A DNA stretch of 19,261 nt from Promethearchaeota archaeon (GCA_048940445.1 JBHLON010000047.1:1-19261), one strand, 5' to 3'; counted from the stretch's first letter, positions 8,237 to 16,991 are shown. Numbers and translations: made by a program. Notes: a model not told the origin generated them from the sequence alone.

Positions 8237-8632
8237 CTATCTCCTAGGAGCCTTAAAAATTTTGGTATTTAATCCATTATTCGCTTTTAGTATAATTTCT
8301 AAGTTGCTAGATATTTTTCCAATCAAATTTACCTTATTCGGCATTATGGAGTTTTCTAGAACTAATATTAATTCGTCTGATTTTGGATTGTAGATGATAT
8401 CTCCCTTCTCTACTTCTTTTTTAGATTTTGGATTCATTCCTTTAAAGATTTCCACGCCTGGAAGAATCCAATACTTTTTTGATCCAAAACTAAATCTCCC
8501 TCTTAATATAATGGGTAATTTATCTAATATAGCATCAGCAGATAAAGGAGCAAAATATCTATCAATATTTCCTTCTAAGCTACCAATTCCAAAAAGATCA
8601 ATCTTAATGGGTATTTGTCCACTATCAGACAT
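8237..8632 (-). CDS. Cyclophilin-like fold protein (small archaeal family)
   Basis: R.FAPLS.DAI...LPI...and V.KGDI.Y.P....L...N.IGKI pattern. Confidence 0.65.
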   Translation of the reverse strand: MSDSGQIPIKIDLFGIGSLEGNIDRYFAPLSADAILDKLPIILRGRFSFGSKKYWILPGVEIFKGMNPKSKKEVEKGDIIYNPKSDELILVLENSIMPNKVNLIGKISSNLEIILKANNGLNTKIFKAPRR

Positions 8633-8705
8633 GGTTTATATATAAAATCAATTTTGATATTTATATTATTTCAAATTTTCTTAATTGTTAATTATTCACC
8701 TTAAT

Positions 8706-8720
8706 AAAAAGATTTAAATA
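8706..8720 (+). promoter_or_regulatory. Archaeal BRE/TATA promoter for the candidate ncRNA
   Basis: Purine-rich AAAAAGA followed by TTTAAATA (8713-8720). This places a transcription start at about 8743-8744, the first base of the terminal helix. Confidence 0.55.
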
Positions 8721-8742
8721 GTCTTTTCATCATTTAATTTAT

Positions 8743-9226
8743 TGGACAATAGTATTGCATAGGATTTTGATACAAATAATACGGTCCACCATAGAAAAAG
8801 TTGTGACCATCTAATAAAGAAGATTTAAGCAATGATTTTTTTTTTGATACTTAAGGATTTAATGACGACATTGAATCCAATTGCTTAGTATTTTTGAATA
8901 ACGTTCATTCATCAAGAGTTTATATACGTTCTTGTAAATTATAATAAGCATCTATAATCATAAAAGCACCCGGGTAAATTAACACTCTGGAGCATTTAAC
9001 AAGATAATAAGTATTTTTTCCGTTGAGTAATTTATACTGAGGAGCAATTATAAAATGAGTTCTTGTGGTATTGAGTGGTTTTTTTGATACTCGAGACAAC
9101 AAAACGAAAATGCTCTTTAAAGAATTCCGTTTTCCCAATAGAAGCTTTGATCCAGGAGGGAATTCATAGGAATACATGTTTCCTTTGAAACATTTCTTCG
9201 GAGGTTATCGGAGCTACTATTGTCCA
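8743..9226 (+). ncRNA. Candidate large structured non-coding RNA of unknown family (~485 nt)
   Basis: Perfect 12-bp terminal pairing TGGACAATAGTA (8743-8754) / TACTATTGTCCA (9215-9226). Several internal helices include G-U pairs, and there is a C(UUCG)G loop at 9196-9201. A TATA box lies upstream and a T-tract downstream. No credible ORF covers the region. Confidence 0.65.
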
Positions 9227-10095
9227 CCTTTTTTTTCTTTATTTATTTTATCAAAATATTTTAAATCTTCAGGAGTATCAATATCGTAAAATTTATTTCT
9301 TGAATTTAATTTTATAGGAATAATTTTTCGATTTTGCGCAAGGTAAATATTCAGAGCTTCACGTATTTCTCGTAAAGTGTTACTCATAGAAATTTTAAAC
9401 AAAATTCCCATGAACTTAAAATTAAAAATGACAATTGGGACAACTAATTTTATAGGTTGTTCTTTTGAAACAAAATTTAAGTTAATTTTTTCAATTTTCT
9501 TAACCTTAAATTCACTTTTGCTATCTTCTGATTTTATAATAGATACAAATTTAGGAATAGTTTTTTTACTTTTTCTATTATAATCATCTAAATTATTTAG
9601 TTCTTGGAAGAAAATACACGGTTCAGTAGAAATCATATCTATATTATCATTAATAAAATCGAAAACTTCTTTTAATAACCCTACTTCGAAAACAGTGTCT
9701 CCCGGAAAAACAATAAATGTATTATGTTCTGCATAAATACATTTATTCTGAATTATAGAAAGTAAGGAATAAAGAGGGCCCTTCTTATACTGATTTCCAG
9801 CATGAACAATATTAACTTTGATATCTGATCTATTTTTAAATAATAACTGTACACAAGATTCAATTTTTTCTTTTAAGTAACCAGTAATTATCACTAAGTC
9901 TTCAAGATGTAATGTTAAAAGATTTTTAATTAAATTAGAGAGAATAGACTCATTATTTAGCGACTTTAATTCAATTACTGGTTTAGGTATGCTTTGAGTA
10001 AGAGTTCCATATCTAGTTCCCTCACCTGCGCATAAAATCACAGGGATTATCTTTTTTTCCTTAATTTTCTCTTGTGGTGACAATTGGATTTCCAT
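9217..10095 (-). CDS. Nucleotidyltransferase (NTP_transferase / GT-A fold) family protein
   Basis: VILCAGEGTR..LT..IPKP, IITGY, GPLYS, PGD.VF and C-terminal DIDTPEDL. The start is uncertain; ATG 10095 overlaps the end of map. Confidence 0.85.
   Translation of the reverse strand: MEIQLSPQEKIKEKKIIPVILCAGEGTRYGTLTQSIPKPVIELKSLNNESILSNLIKNLLTLHLEDLVIITGYLKEKIESCVQLLFKNRSDIKVNIVHAGNQYKKGPLYSLLSIIQNKCIYAEHNTFIVFPGDTVFEVGLLKEVFDFINDNIDMISTEPCIFFQELNNLDDYNRKSKKTIPKFVSIIKSEDSKSEFKVKKIEKINLNFVSKEQPIKLVVPIVIFNFKFMGILFKISMSNTLREIREALNIYLAQNRKIIPIKLNSRNKFYDIDTPEDLKYFDKINKEKKGGQ
9229..9248 (+). terminator. Oligo-T archaeal terminator after the candidate ncRNA
   Basis: T8 run (9229-9236) followed by CTTTATTTATTT, 2 nt after the terminal helix. 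It lies inside the last codons of the convergent gene. Confidence 0.45.
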
Positions 10096-10978
10096 CCATG
10101 TCTATAATAATTGTATGTTCTTGTTGGGCTACAGGTTCACCTGTTCTTTCGATCAATATAGGATAATTATCAAGAATTTTTTTTCGTAAAAACCTTTCAA
10201 TTATATTTTTAATTTCTTGTTTTTCAATACCATTTTTTTCCAATAATCTAGGAGAGAAAGGAAGTCGTTTTGTAATTTGTTCTATTTTTTTCATAAGATC
10301 TAAATCTTTGTAAGATAAATCTTTTTTGACTTTTCTTACAAACCTATAGATATATGATTCTTTTCCATTTACGACTTTACCTACTCCTGAGGTTGCAAAT
10401 GGCTCGCATGCATAGGAATCACCTACTTTTAAAACTTGATCATGATTAGTATCTCGAAAATTTGGTATGAATGGGCCAGCATGTAGATTATATCTCTTTA
10501 ATTCATGACCACCAAGATTAACTATTGGCCTTAATCCATGAGTTATGATCTTCTCTGCTATTACTTCACCTAATTCATATAACTTGATTCCTGGTCTAAA
10601 TTTACCAATTGCTGCTTCAAGGCCCTCAGTAGCTGCATCAATGTAATTTTGAAGTATTTTATCATTATCAATATTAATAGTAAAAGCAGAATCCGCAATA
10701 TAGCCATCAAAATGAGCTCCTAAGTCAATCTTCAGTAATCCTTTAACAGGTACTAACATATTGTCATCAATAGTAGGACTATAATGAGCTGCAATTTCAT
10801 TTAAAGAAATATTTATAGGAAAGGCTAATTCACATCCTTGGTTTAAAATTTCATCTTCACATTTAGTAGCAAGCTCTAGATATAAAAGCCCTGGTTTTAC
10901 AATTTTTTGAGCCACTTTCTTTGCTGCAATTACAGCCTTGCCAGCTTTAATATATGACTCAATCCAATCTTCATCCAT
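10061..10978 (-). CDS. map: Methionine aminopeptidase, type II (archaeal)
   Basis: AFP.NIS.N..AAHYSP, KIDLGAH.DGYIADSA, NL.GH, LHAG, EPFAT and AQ.EHT, plus the type II helical insertion. Confidence 0.97.
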   Translation of the reverse strand: MDEDWIESYIKAGKAVIAAKKVAQKIVKPGLLYLELATKCEDEILNQGCELAFPINISLNEIAAHYSPTIDDNMLVPVKGLLKIDLGAHFDGYIADSAFTINIDNDKILQNYIDAATEGLEAAIGKFRPGIKLYELGEVIAEKIITHGLRPIVNLGGHELKRYNLHAGPFIPNFRDTNHDQVLKVGDSYACEPFATSGVGKVVNGKESYIYRFVRKVKKDLSYKDLDLMKKIEQITKRLPFSPRLLEKNGIEKQEIKNIIERFLRKKILDNYPILIERTGEPVAQQEHTIIIDMDGNPIVTTREN

Positions 10979-11009
10979 AATTAATTTATAATTTGTGATT
11001 AAAATTAAA

Positions 11010-12329
11010 TTAAGGGGTTAATCGATCAGGTGTTCTTGGATACATTACTGCTTCTCTAATATCTTCTAAACCACATAAAAACGTTACCCAACGTGCTATT
11101 CCCAATCCAAAACCTGCATGCGGGGGCATACCAAAACCGAAAGTATTGAGATGTGATTCAAATGAAAGTGGATTTAATCCTTTTTCCTCAAGCGCTTGAA
11201 TAAGCTTTTCCTTATTATGAACTCTTGTTCCACCGGAAGTTAATTCAAGCCATCCCATTTGTAAATCAAATGATTCACTATATTTTGGATCATTTGATGG
11301 CATAATATAGAAAGGTTTTATTGACATTGGCCAATGAGTTATATAATAATAACCTTCTATTATTTCTCCCAGTTTGCGGTATGCTTCTGTAGAAATATCT
11401 TCACCCCATTCTATAGCGATTGAAAACTTATTTTGTAGTAGGTCCAAAATTTCATCATAAGTGTATCTTGGAAGTGGTAATTCTGGAATTTTGGTCTTGT
11501 CTTCCATTTGAAGAAATTTTAAAGCCCCCATTTTATTTTTTCTTATATTAATGATAACAGAATATACTAATTCTTCTAAAATTGTTAGCACATCATACAT
11601 ATCTACAAAAGAAATTTCCACATCTAAAGTGTAAATCTCACAAATATGCCTTTTAGTACGACTCTTTTCTGCTCGAAAGCATGGACTTATTTCAAAAACT
11701 CTCTCATAAACACCACTTAATTGTTCTTTATATAATTGAGCAGATTGCGTTAAAAATGCTTCTTTATCGAAATACATGATTGGAAATAATTCTGTTCCAC
11801 CTTCAGTAGCAGAACCGATTATCTTTGGAGTTGTTATTTCAGTAAAGTCTCTCTTAAGTAAAAAATCTCTGCTAGATCTAATAACTTCTCCCCTTATATC
11901 AAAAATTGCTTGATTTCTCAAAGATCTTAGATCTAAAGCTCTATTGTTTAATCTAAGATCTAGCTCCGAATTTGTTTCACCAGTCATATCAATAGGGAGC
12001 TTTTCAGGAGTTTCATTTAAGATTTTTAATTCAGAAGGGATAATCTCAATTCCTCCAGGTGCATTTTTGAATTTTCTTACAATCCCTTTCACCATTATGC
12101 AATACTGATAACTTAATTTTGTTTTTTCAAATAATTCATCACTCACTACCCCTTTCTTGAGGGTTATTTGACGTTCACCATACTTATCTTGGAGATTTAT
12201 AAATTTTAAACCTCCAAGGTCTCGAAAATTTCTTACCCACCCCCCTATTATGACTTCCTTATCAGCCAACTTTGGAGTTATATCTTTAGTATATTGGGTT
12301 TTCCTCCAGTTTCCTAATTCATCCAGCAT
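11010..12329 (-). CDS. aspS: Aspartate--tRNA ligase, archaeal type, probably non-discriminating (Asp/Asn)
   Basis: GWV...RDLGG OB fold, ATEGG.ELF, QLYK, FRAE, SGG.R.H and PPHAGFGLG motifs. The start may be ATG 12329 or 12350. Confidence 0.93.
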   Translation of the reverse strand: MLDELGNWRKTQYTKDITPKLADKEVIIGGWVRNFRDLGGLKFINLQDKYGERQITLKKGVVSDELFEKTKLSYQYCIMVKGIVRKFKNAPGGIEIIPSELKILNETPEKLPIDMTGETNSELDLRLNNRALDLRSLRNQAIFDIRGEVIRSSRDFLLKRDFTEITTPKIIGSATEGGTELFPIMYFDKEAFLTQSAQLYKEQLSGVYERVFEISPCFRAEKSRTKRHICEIYTLDVEISFVDMYDVLTILEELVYSVIINIRKNKMGALKFLQMEDKTKIPELPLPRYTYDEILDLLQNKFSIAIEWGEDISTEAYRKLGEIIEGYYYITHWPMSIKPFYIMPSNDPKYSESFDLQMGWLELTSGGTRVHNKEKLIQALEEKGLNPLSFESHLNTFGFGMPPHAGFGLGIARWVTFLCGLEDIREAVMYPRTPDRLTP

Positions 12330-12421
12330 TTTATATATTCTTTTTATCATAATTATATTCTAAATTAAATTTGAAAAGGAAATTAACAATAAATTTTTTG
12401 TTATCTTATAAAGGATTAACT

Positions 12422-13930
12422 ATGCCAAATTTAATTTGGAAAGGTAAAAATCAGCATTTAAATTCATCAAGTTTGAAATATAATTTTAAAGATTCTTTCC
12501 AAAAAAGCAAGTCTCAAATCTCTTCTACACTTGATAGATATAATCATAATTTTAAAGAAAGGAATAATAAAAAAGTTTGGAATAATCTTCTATTTTGCGG
12601 AGAAAATGAGCAAGTAATGAGATTTTTGCTAAATTATTTTTCTGGTAAAATTAATCTTATTTATATTGACCCTCCTTTTGCTACAGGAGGAAGTTTTTCT
12701 TATAAAATATACATTGGACCAAATAGTTTCAATGTATCTGCAAAAGCTTATTCAGATACATGGAAAGAAGGCATAGAATCATATTTAAACTTTTTATATG
12801 TTCGATTGATTCTAATGAAGAAATTACTTGCAGAAAATGGTAGTATTTATTTACATTTAGATTGGCATGTGAATCATTACGTAAAAATTATTTTAGACGA
12901 AATATTTGGAAATGAAAACTTTAGAAATGAAATTATATGGTCATATCCAGCAGCATCAGTTCAAACAAGAAGATTTTTTATTAGATCTTATGATACTATT
13001 TTATTTTATACAAAGTCTGAAAATTATGTTTTTAACGATGACCCGAATATTTATATGGAATATTCAGATCGTGTTAAGAATGCATTAAAAAGGGATGAGA
13101 ATGGAATTTTTTATTATAGAGGAGGAAGTCATGATGGTAAAAAACTATCACGAAAAGTATATGTTGAAGAAAATGGTATTTTTCCCAGAGACGCCTGGAA
13201 TGATATTCCATATATTAGAGCAAATACAACGGAATATCAAGGTTTTTCTACTCAAAAGCCTGAGAGATTATTGAAACGGATCATATTAGCATCATCAAGT
13301 GAAAATGACCTTGTTGCGGACTTTTTTTGTGGAACTGGCACAACTCTTATAGTAGCAGAAAAACTTAGTAGACATTGGATTGGTTGTGATTTAGCAAATC
13401 ATGCCGTTCATATTACAAGAAAGAGATTACTTGACATTTCAAAGAGTAATGACATTTTTAGTTGGAATGAACCTTATGGCAGTTCTTATCAACCCTTTGA
13501 AGTAATAAGCTTGAATAATAAATGTAATAATAATTTCATTCCTAAAAGCTTTATAAGTGAAAATATCGGGAATAATCTAAAAATAAAAGATAAGCCAGAT
13601 TTTGATATAGATTTTTCAATAGATCATAAAAAGGTATGTATTGAATTAAAAAGTTATAGTTTACCCTATATTAAGTCAATATCAAAAAAAATGAGAGCCA
13701 GAGTTACTTCATTTTATGACCTAATTGATTATTGGGCAATAGATTTTAATTATGATGAGAACGGTTTTAAAAATGAATGGTATTCATATAGAACACCAAA
13801 AAATCGGGAAATTGATTTAGTCTCGGCACCGTACACATATGAGAAATCAAATAAATATCATATCCAAGTAAAAGTTATTAATATTTTTGGGCAAGAAAGT
13901 ATTAAAGATTATATTATTAATATTAAATGA
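12422..13930 (+). CDS. Site-specific DNA amino-methyltransferase, beta class, type III Mod-like
   Basis: LIWKGK N-terminus, LIYIDPPF (motif IV), TQKPERLL.RII, DFFCGTGTT (motif I) and C-terminal DYWAIDF...VKV..IFG. ATG 12422 is preferred over TTG 12371. Confidence 0.92.
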   Translation: MPNLIWKGKNQHLNSSSLKYNFKDSFQKSKSQISSTLDRYNHNFKERNNKKVWNNLLFCGENEQVMRFLLNYFSGKINLIYIDPPFATGGSFSYKIYIGPNSFNVSAKAYSDTWKEGIESYLNFLYVRLILMKKLLAENGSIYLHLDWHVNHYVKIILDEIFGNENFRNEIIWSYPAASVQTRRFFIRSYDTILFYTKSENYVFNDDPNIYMEYSDRVKNALKRDENGIFYYRGGSHDGKKLSRKVYVEENGIFPRDAWNDIPYIRANTTEYQGFSTQKPERLLKRIILASSSENDLVADFFCGTGTTLIVAEKLSRHWIGCDLANHAVHITRKRLLDISKSNDIFSWNEPYGSSYQPFEVISLNNKCNNNFIPKSFISENIGNNLKIKDKPDFDIDFSIDHKKVCIELKSYSLPYIKSISKKMRARVTSFYDLIDYWAIDFNYDENGFKNEWYSYRTPKNREIDLVSAPYTYEKSNKYHIQVKVINIFGQESIKDYIINIK

Positions 13931-13931
13931 A

Positions 13932-15290
13932 TTATTTCATTAATTCTCTCAATAACATTGTTGCGTAAGATCCTCGTTGAAGTGAGAATTCTAATCTTAA
14001 TTTCATTTTACCTTGAAAAACTTCATCTTTAGTGAATTCTAAAAGTTTCAAACCATTAGGTTTAACGATCATTGATCGAAAAGCACCTTTAAATTCAAAT
14101 TCTCTTAATAAGTTATTGTTAAATACCTCTTCATCTATTTGCTCCATCATATATATTTCTTTAATTAATTCATTCATTAGTGGAAATTTACTTAAATCGG
14201 TATCATATCCTATTAATGGGATTACAATAGCAGCATGGTTTAACCTTAAGGCTTCTTTTAAGTGTCTATCATAAAGTCCTCCATATTTATATACTATCTG
14301 AGTACATTGTCCATTTACATCATCTAAAATACTAATTAGATCCCCTTTAATCGGTTTTAGCAACGGATATCCTTTTTTGATTCTTAATGATAGCATTTTA
14401 TTAAATAGATAGGATTGAAAAGAACTAATTAATAATTTTTTCAAATAATTAGGTAATTTATTTACCGCTCCTTTATAATCTCCCTTGTTCTCAATTAAAT
14501 GCTTAATCATTATCTTTTCATAATTTAAGCTAGCAGGAAAATCATTGTAAGCCTTTTCAAGATCACCAGTTTTCGCTAATTCATTTCGTACATTTTGTGA
14601 TATATCCATCTCTGTAGAATATGTATTAACTACGTATTCATCAAAAGCTTCTTTGAATTTTCCCTCTAATAAAAATTTACCAATAAGATGGGAATTGGGC
14701 CTAAAAGTGCCAAATCTTTGGAGCCCAAAATAGTTGGGAAAACCTTGATTTTTAAGTACTTTAAAGATTTTTTGAATTCTGTTTAAAGGATTATTTGCAT
14801 TTTCAATATTCCTAATTATAATTACAAAATGATTGCCCCAATGGCTTCCTAATTTTACAGATCTTCTTGATGAATGCACATTTCTTAGAAAAATGTCTCT
14901 AATTTTTAAATTTCTAAGTCTATCTACATAATCTCCCTTTATGGAAAACTTTTGAATACTTATAGAACATTTGTCCTTTAATCCCGAATAAGAAATTAAG
15001 TCTGCAGGTATATTTAAAGCATCACTTAGAAGTTCAATAGCTTCAAAAGTTTCTTTATTTATTTTGATTAGATTAAACGTTGTATACTTGTCTTTTGAGT
15101 CTTCTGAAAACGACCTTGTATCATCATACTTTAAATGAAGAACATAGCCTTTTTCATCGATTTCTTTGACAATAAAGTCCTTGGAAGAATTTTTATATAG
15201 TCCCTGAATTCCTTTAATTTTTGAGCTGGAATAAATATCTATAGATACAAACTTCTCAACCTCTTTTTCATCATTGTTTTTGAATGTTAT
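13932..15290 (-). CDS. truD: tRNA pseudouridine(13) synthase TruD
   Basis: The frame is open upstream of the track's GTG (14879) to a stop at 15321-15323. The extension carries K.SKDFIVKEI and the catalytic YSGLKDK. Downstream are GNHF.I.IR, FPNYFGLQRFG and F.L.RGSYAT..LRE. The start is uncertain because no canonical start codon is in frame. Confidence 0.93.
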   Translation of the reverse strand: MTFKNNDEKEVEKFVSIDIYSSSKIKGIQGLYKNSSKDFIVKEIDEKGYVLHLKYDDTRSFSEDSKDKYTTFNLIKINKETFEAIELLSDALNIPADLISYSGLKDKCSISIQKFSIKGDYVDRLRNLKIRDIFLRNVHSSRRSVKLGSHWGNHFVIIIRNIENANNPLNRIQKIFKVLKNQGFPNYFGLQRFGTFRPNSHLIGKFLLEGKFKEAFDEYVVNTYSTEMDISQNVRNELAKTGDLEKAYNDFPASLNYEKIMIKHLIENKGDYKGAVNKLPNYLKKLLISSFQSYLFNKMLSLRIKKGYPLLKPIKGDLISILDDVNGQCTQIVYKYGGLYDRHLKEALRLNHAAIVIPLIGYDTDLSKFPLMNELIKEIYMMEQIDEEVFNNNLLREFEFKGAFRSMIVKPNGLKLLEFTKDEVFQGKMKLRLEFSLQRGSYATMLLRELMK

Positions 15291-15333
15291 CGTCGATTTA
15301 TCACGTCTGTTATGTACTTTTTATGAAATTTAT

Positions 15334-15699
15334 TTAAAGTAACTTCAAATCTCCTGTTATTACATCAATTTCCTTCGAAATGACTGGTCCAATTCCTAAT
15401 GCTGTGGTTGTTCCCGGTGGTAATTGTGTTAAACCCGCATCTTTAACTAAAAAATAAGGAATTTCGACTTTTCTAAGTTTATTTACTATTTCATCTAACA
15501 TTTCTAAGCTATTAATTTTTAAAACAACCTTTTTCTGACCCGAATTTTTCCAACTTTTCCATAATGGTTTATTAGTTGTTCGCACTAAATCTGCTGCTGA
15601 AACAGATGCATGGCAAGATTGAACACATTTTTTACCAGTTCCCATTTTTAAATCGGTTCTTATTAAAATAACCTGTTTGTATTCTTCCACATTGTTCAC
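15334..15699 (-). CDS. pth2: Peptidyl-tRNA hydrolase Pth2
   Basis: KQVI.IR.DLKM..GK...[26 protein letters not shown] and D..TG.LKLL; GTG start. Confidence 0.97.
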   Translation of the reverse strand: MNNVEEYKQVILIRTDLKMGTGKKCVQSCHASVSAADLVRTTNKPLWKSWKNSGQKKVVLKINSLEMLDEIVNKLRKVEIPYFLVKDAGLTQLPPGTTTALGIGPVISKEIDVITGDLKLL

Positions 15700-15732
15700 C
15701 CTAGGTTTAATATAAATTCTAAAATCTATTAA

Positions 15733-16242
15733 TTACTCAAATTCTATTCGAATAGTCTGTCTCGTTAATTCTAAAACTAAATCTTCCAATTCATCTTTAG
15801 TAAATAAAATTCTTTCTTGATCCCTAAGATTAAGAACTGCTTTAAATTCAATATCCCCTGTCGCTAAAAAGATTTCATTTAGTGTGATTAATTTACTTGG
15901 AGCAATAAGAGCCTCAATAACAGGTCGAGGGTTATTAGTCTTTTCTATTAAAATGAGTTCATCAATTTCGTAAGCTTCTTTAATCCAATTAATTAACTCA
16001 TCAGAAAATCTTATCTTATCTTTTCGATCTACAACAATTATAACTACATCCTCAAAATCAATTGCTTTATAAAAAGAGATATTTTTCAAAAAACTAAATT
16101 CTTCCTTTTCTTCCAACTCTAACAATTTTTTTGCTAAATCTAACTCAAACTCAGTTAATTCACCTGAATCGAGCTTTTGTTCACAACTATTGCATAAAAA
16201 GCCTGAAATAACACATGTTTGACACGCTGGAAGATTTTTCAT
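15733..16242 (-). CDS. Archaeal NusA-like/KH-related protein with N-terminal Cys4 motif
   Basis: LP.CQTC..SG.LCNSC..KL..G.LT N-terminus of the archaeal NusA-paralog family. The start may be ATG 16242 or TTG 16272. Confidence 0.65.
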   Translation of the reverse strand: MKNLPACQTCVISGFLCNSCEQKLDSGELTEFELDLAKKLLELEEKEEFSFLKNISFYKAIDFEDVVIIVVDRKDKIRFSDELINWIKEAYEIDELILIEKTNNPRPVIEALIAPSKLITLNEIFLATGDIEFKAVLNLRDQERILFTKDELEDLVLELTRQTIRIEFE

Positions 16243-16284
16243 TATGTAATAACTAATTTTTTTGTTATTCAATAATTTATTTAA

Positions 16285-16479
16285 TTAAAGTTCGATTATG
16301 TCGCACTTTAAGCTGCTTAAAAGTGTATCTGCTGTATTAGGGTCTGTTTTAAATGTATAGAGATATTTCTTAGTCCTAAGCTTCAATTTTACAATATCTT
16401 TAATTCTTTTCACTCTGCAATGAATAGCAAACTCTGCTAATTCTAAAAATTGATCACTTGACTTTATTTCCTTAGGCAT
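16285..16479 (-). CDS. rpl38e: Ribosomal protein eL38
   Basis: MPKEI....FL..A......RVKR....VKLKLRTKKYLYT matches the eL38 signature. Confidence 0.92.
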   Translation of the reverse strand: MPKEIKSSDQFLELAEFAIHCRVKRIKDIVKLKLRTKKYLYTFKTDPNTADTLLSSLKCDIIEL

Positions 16480-16685
16480 ACTCTCTCATCTAATAATTAA
16501 AACACTTAGAATTCAATTATAATAATCTATTAATTATAAAATTTTAATTTTTTCATTAAGATACAAAAATTTTAATTCTTAAAACTATTTTTCCATTTAC
16601 CTTTTTAGTTAAATATAATGCAACTAACTAATAAGGTTATAACAAATTCTATAATAAAAGCTTAACAAAGTTCGCAGAGATTATT

Positions 16686-16850
16686 ATGGCCCCAATTGAT
16701 GACCCCTATAAAAGACGTATCGCTCGTTTCCACTTGTTAGAGAAAAGCGTATGCAGAAGCTGTGGAGCTCTTAATCCCATTAGGGCAAGAAAGTGTCGAA
16801 GATGCAGAGGTAAAGACCTTAGATTAAAAAAGAGAGAACTGGTCAAATAA
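16686..16850 (+). CDS. rpl40e: Ribosomal protein eL40
   Basis: Not in the ORF track. MAPIDDPYKRRIARFHLLEKSVCRSCGALNPIRARKCRRCRGKDLRLKKRELVK* carries the C..C.A.NP..A.KCRRC...LR.K signature. Confidence 0.96.
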   Translation: MAPIDDPYKRRIARFHLLEKSVCRSCGALNPIRARKCRRCRGKDLRLKKRELVK

Positions 16851-16986
16851 CAAGATTCATTTACTTTAAATCTTAAAATCTCTTCTATTAAGCTTTATTT
16901 TACCTATTATTTATTTTCGTAAACTTTTTTAATTTTATGACTTAGAGATCATTATATAGAAAACAAATTTATAAAAAATTTAATAT

Positions 16987-16991
16987 GGTGA
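16987..16991 (+). promoter_or_regulatory. Shine-Dalgarno site of the thermosome gene
   Basis: GGTGA lies 9 nt upstream of ATG 17001. Confidence 0.55.

Noticed and set aside
8752-8759. GTATTGCA, resembling the U1A/U2B'' binding loop of U1/U2 snRNAs
   Set aside because: The match is too short and not in a hairpin loop, and I saw no other spliceosomal snRNA motif.
8920-9177. 85-aa minus-strand ORF
   Set aside because: No motif is recognisable, it covers only part of the gap, and the region is better explained by nested RNA helices on the + strand. Not strictly excluded.
8743-9226. RNase P RNA, SRP RNA or tmRNA as the identity of the candidate RNA
   Set aside because: No convincing GAGGAAAGUCC / ACAGAA..GGCUUA P4 pair on either strand, no SRP helix-8 motif, and no T-arm before the 3' end. 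A highly divergent version cannot be excluded without covariance models.
8743-9226. MITE bounded by 12-bp terminal inverted repeats
   Set aside because: No target-site duplication is visible and no transposase is in the window. The exact promoter and terminator placement favours a transcribed RNA. A genome-wide copy search would settle it.
8394-14274. Short ORFs 8394-8645, 9377-9583, 12906-13088 and 14032-14274
   Set aside because: Antisense or out-of-frame overlaps of real genes.
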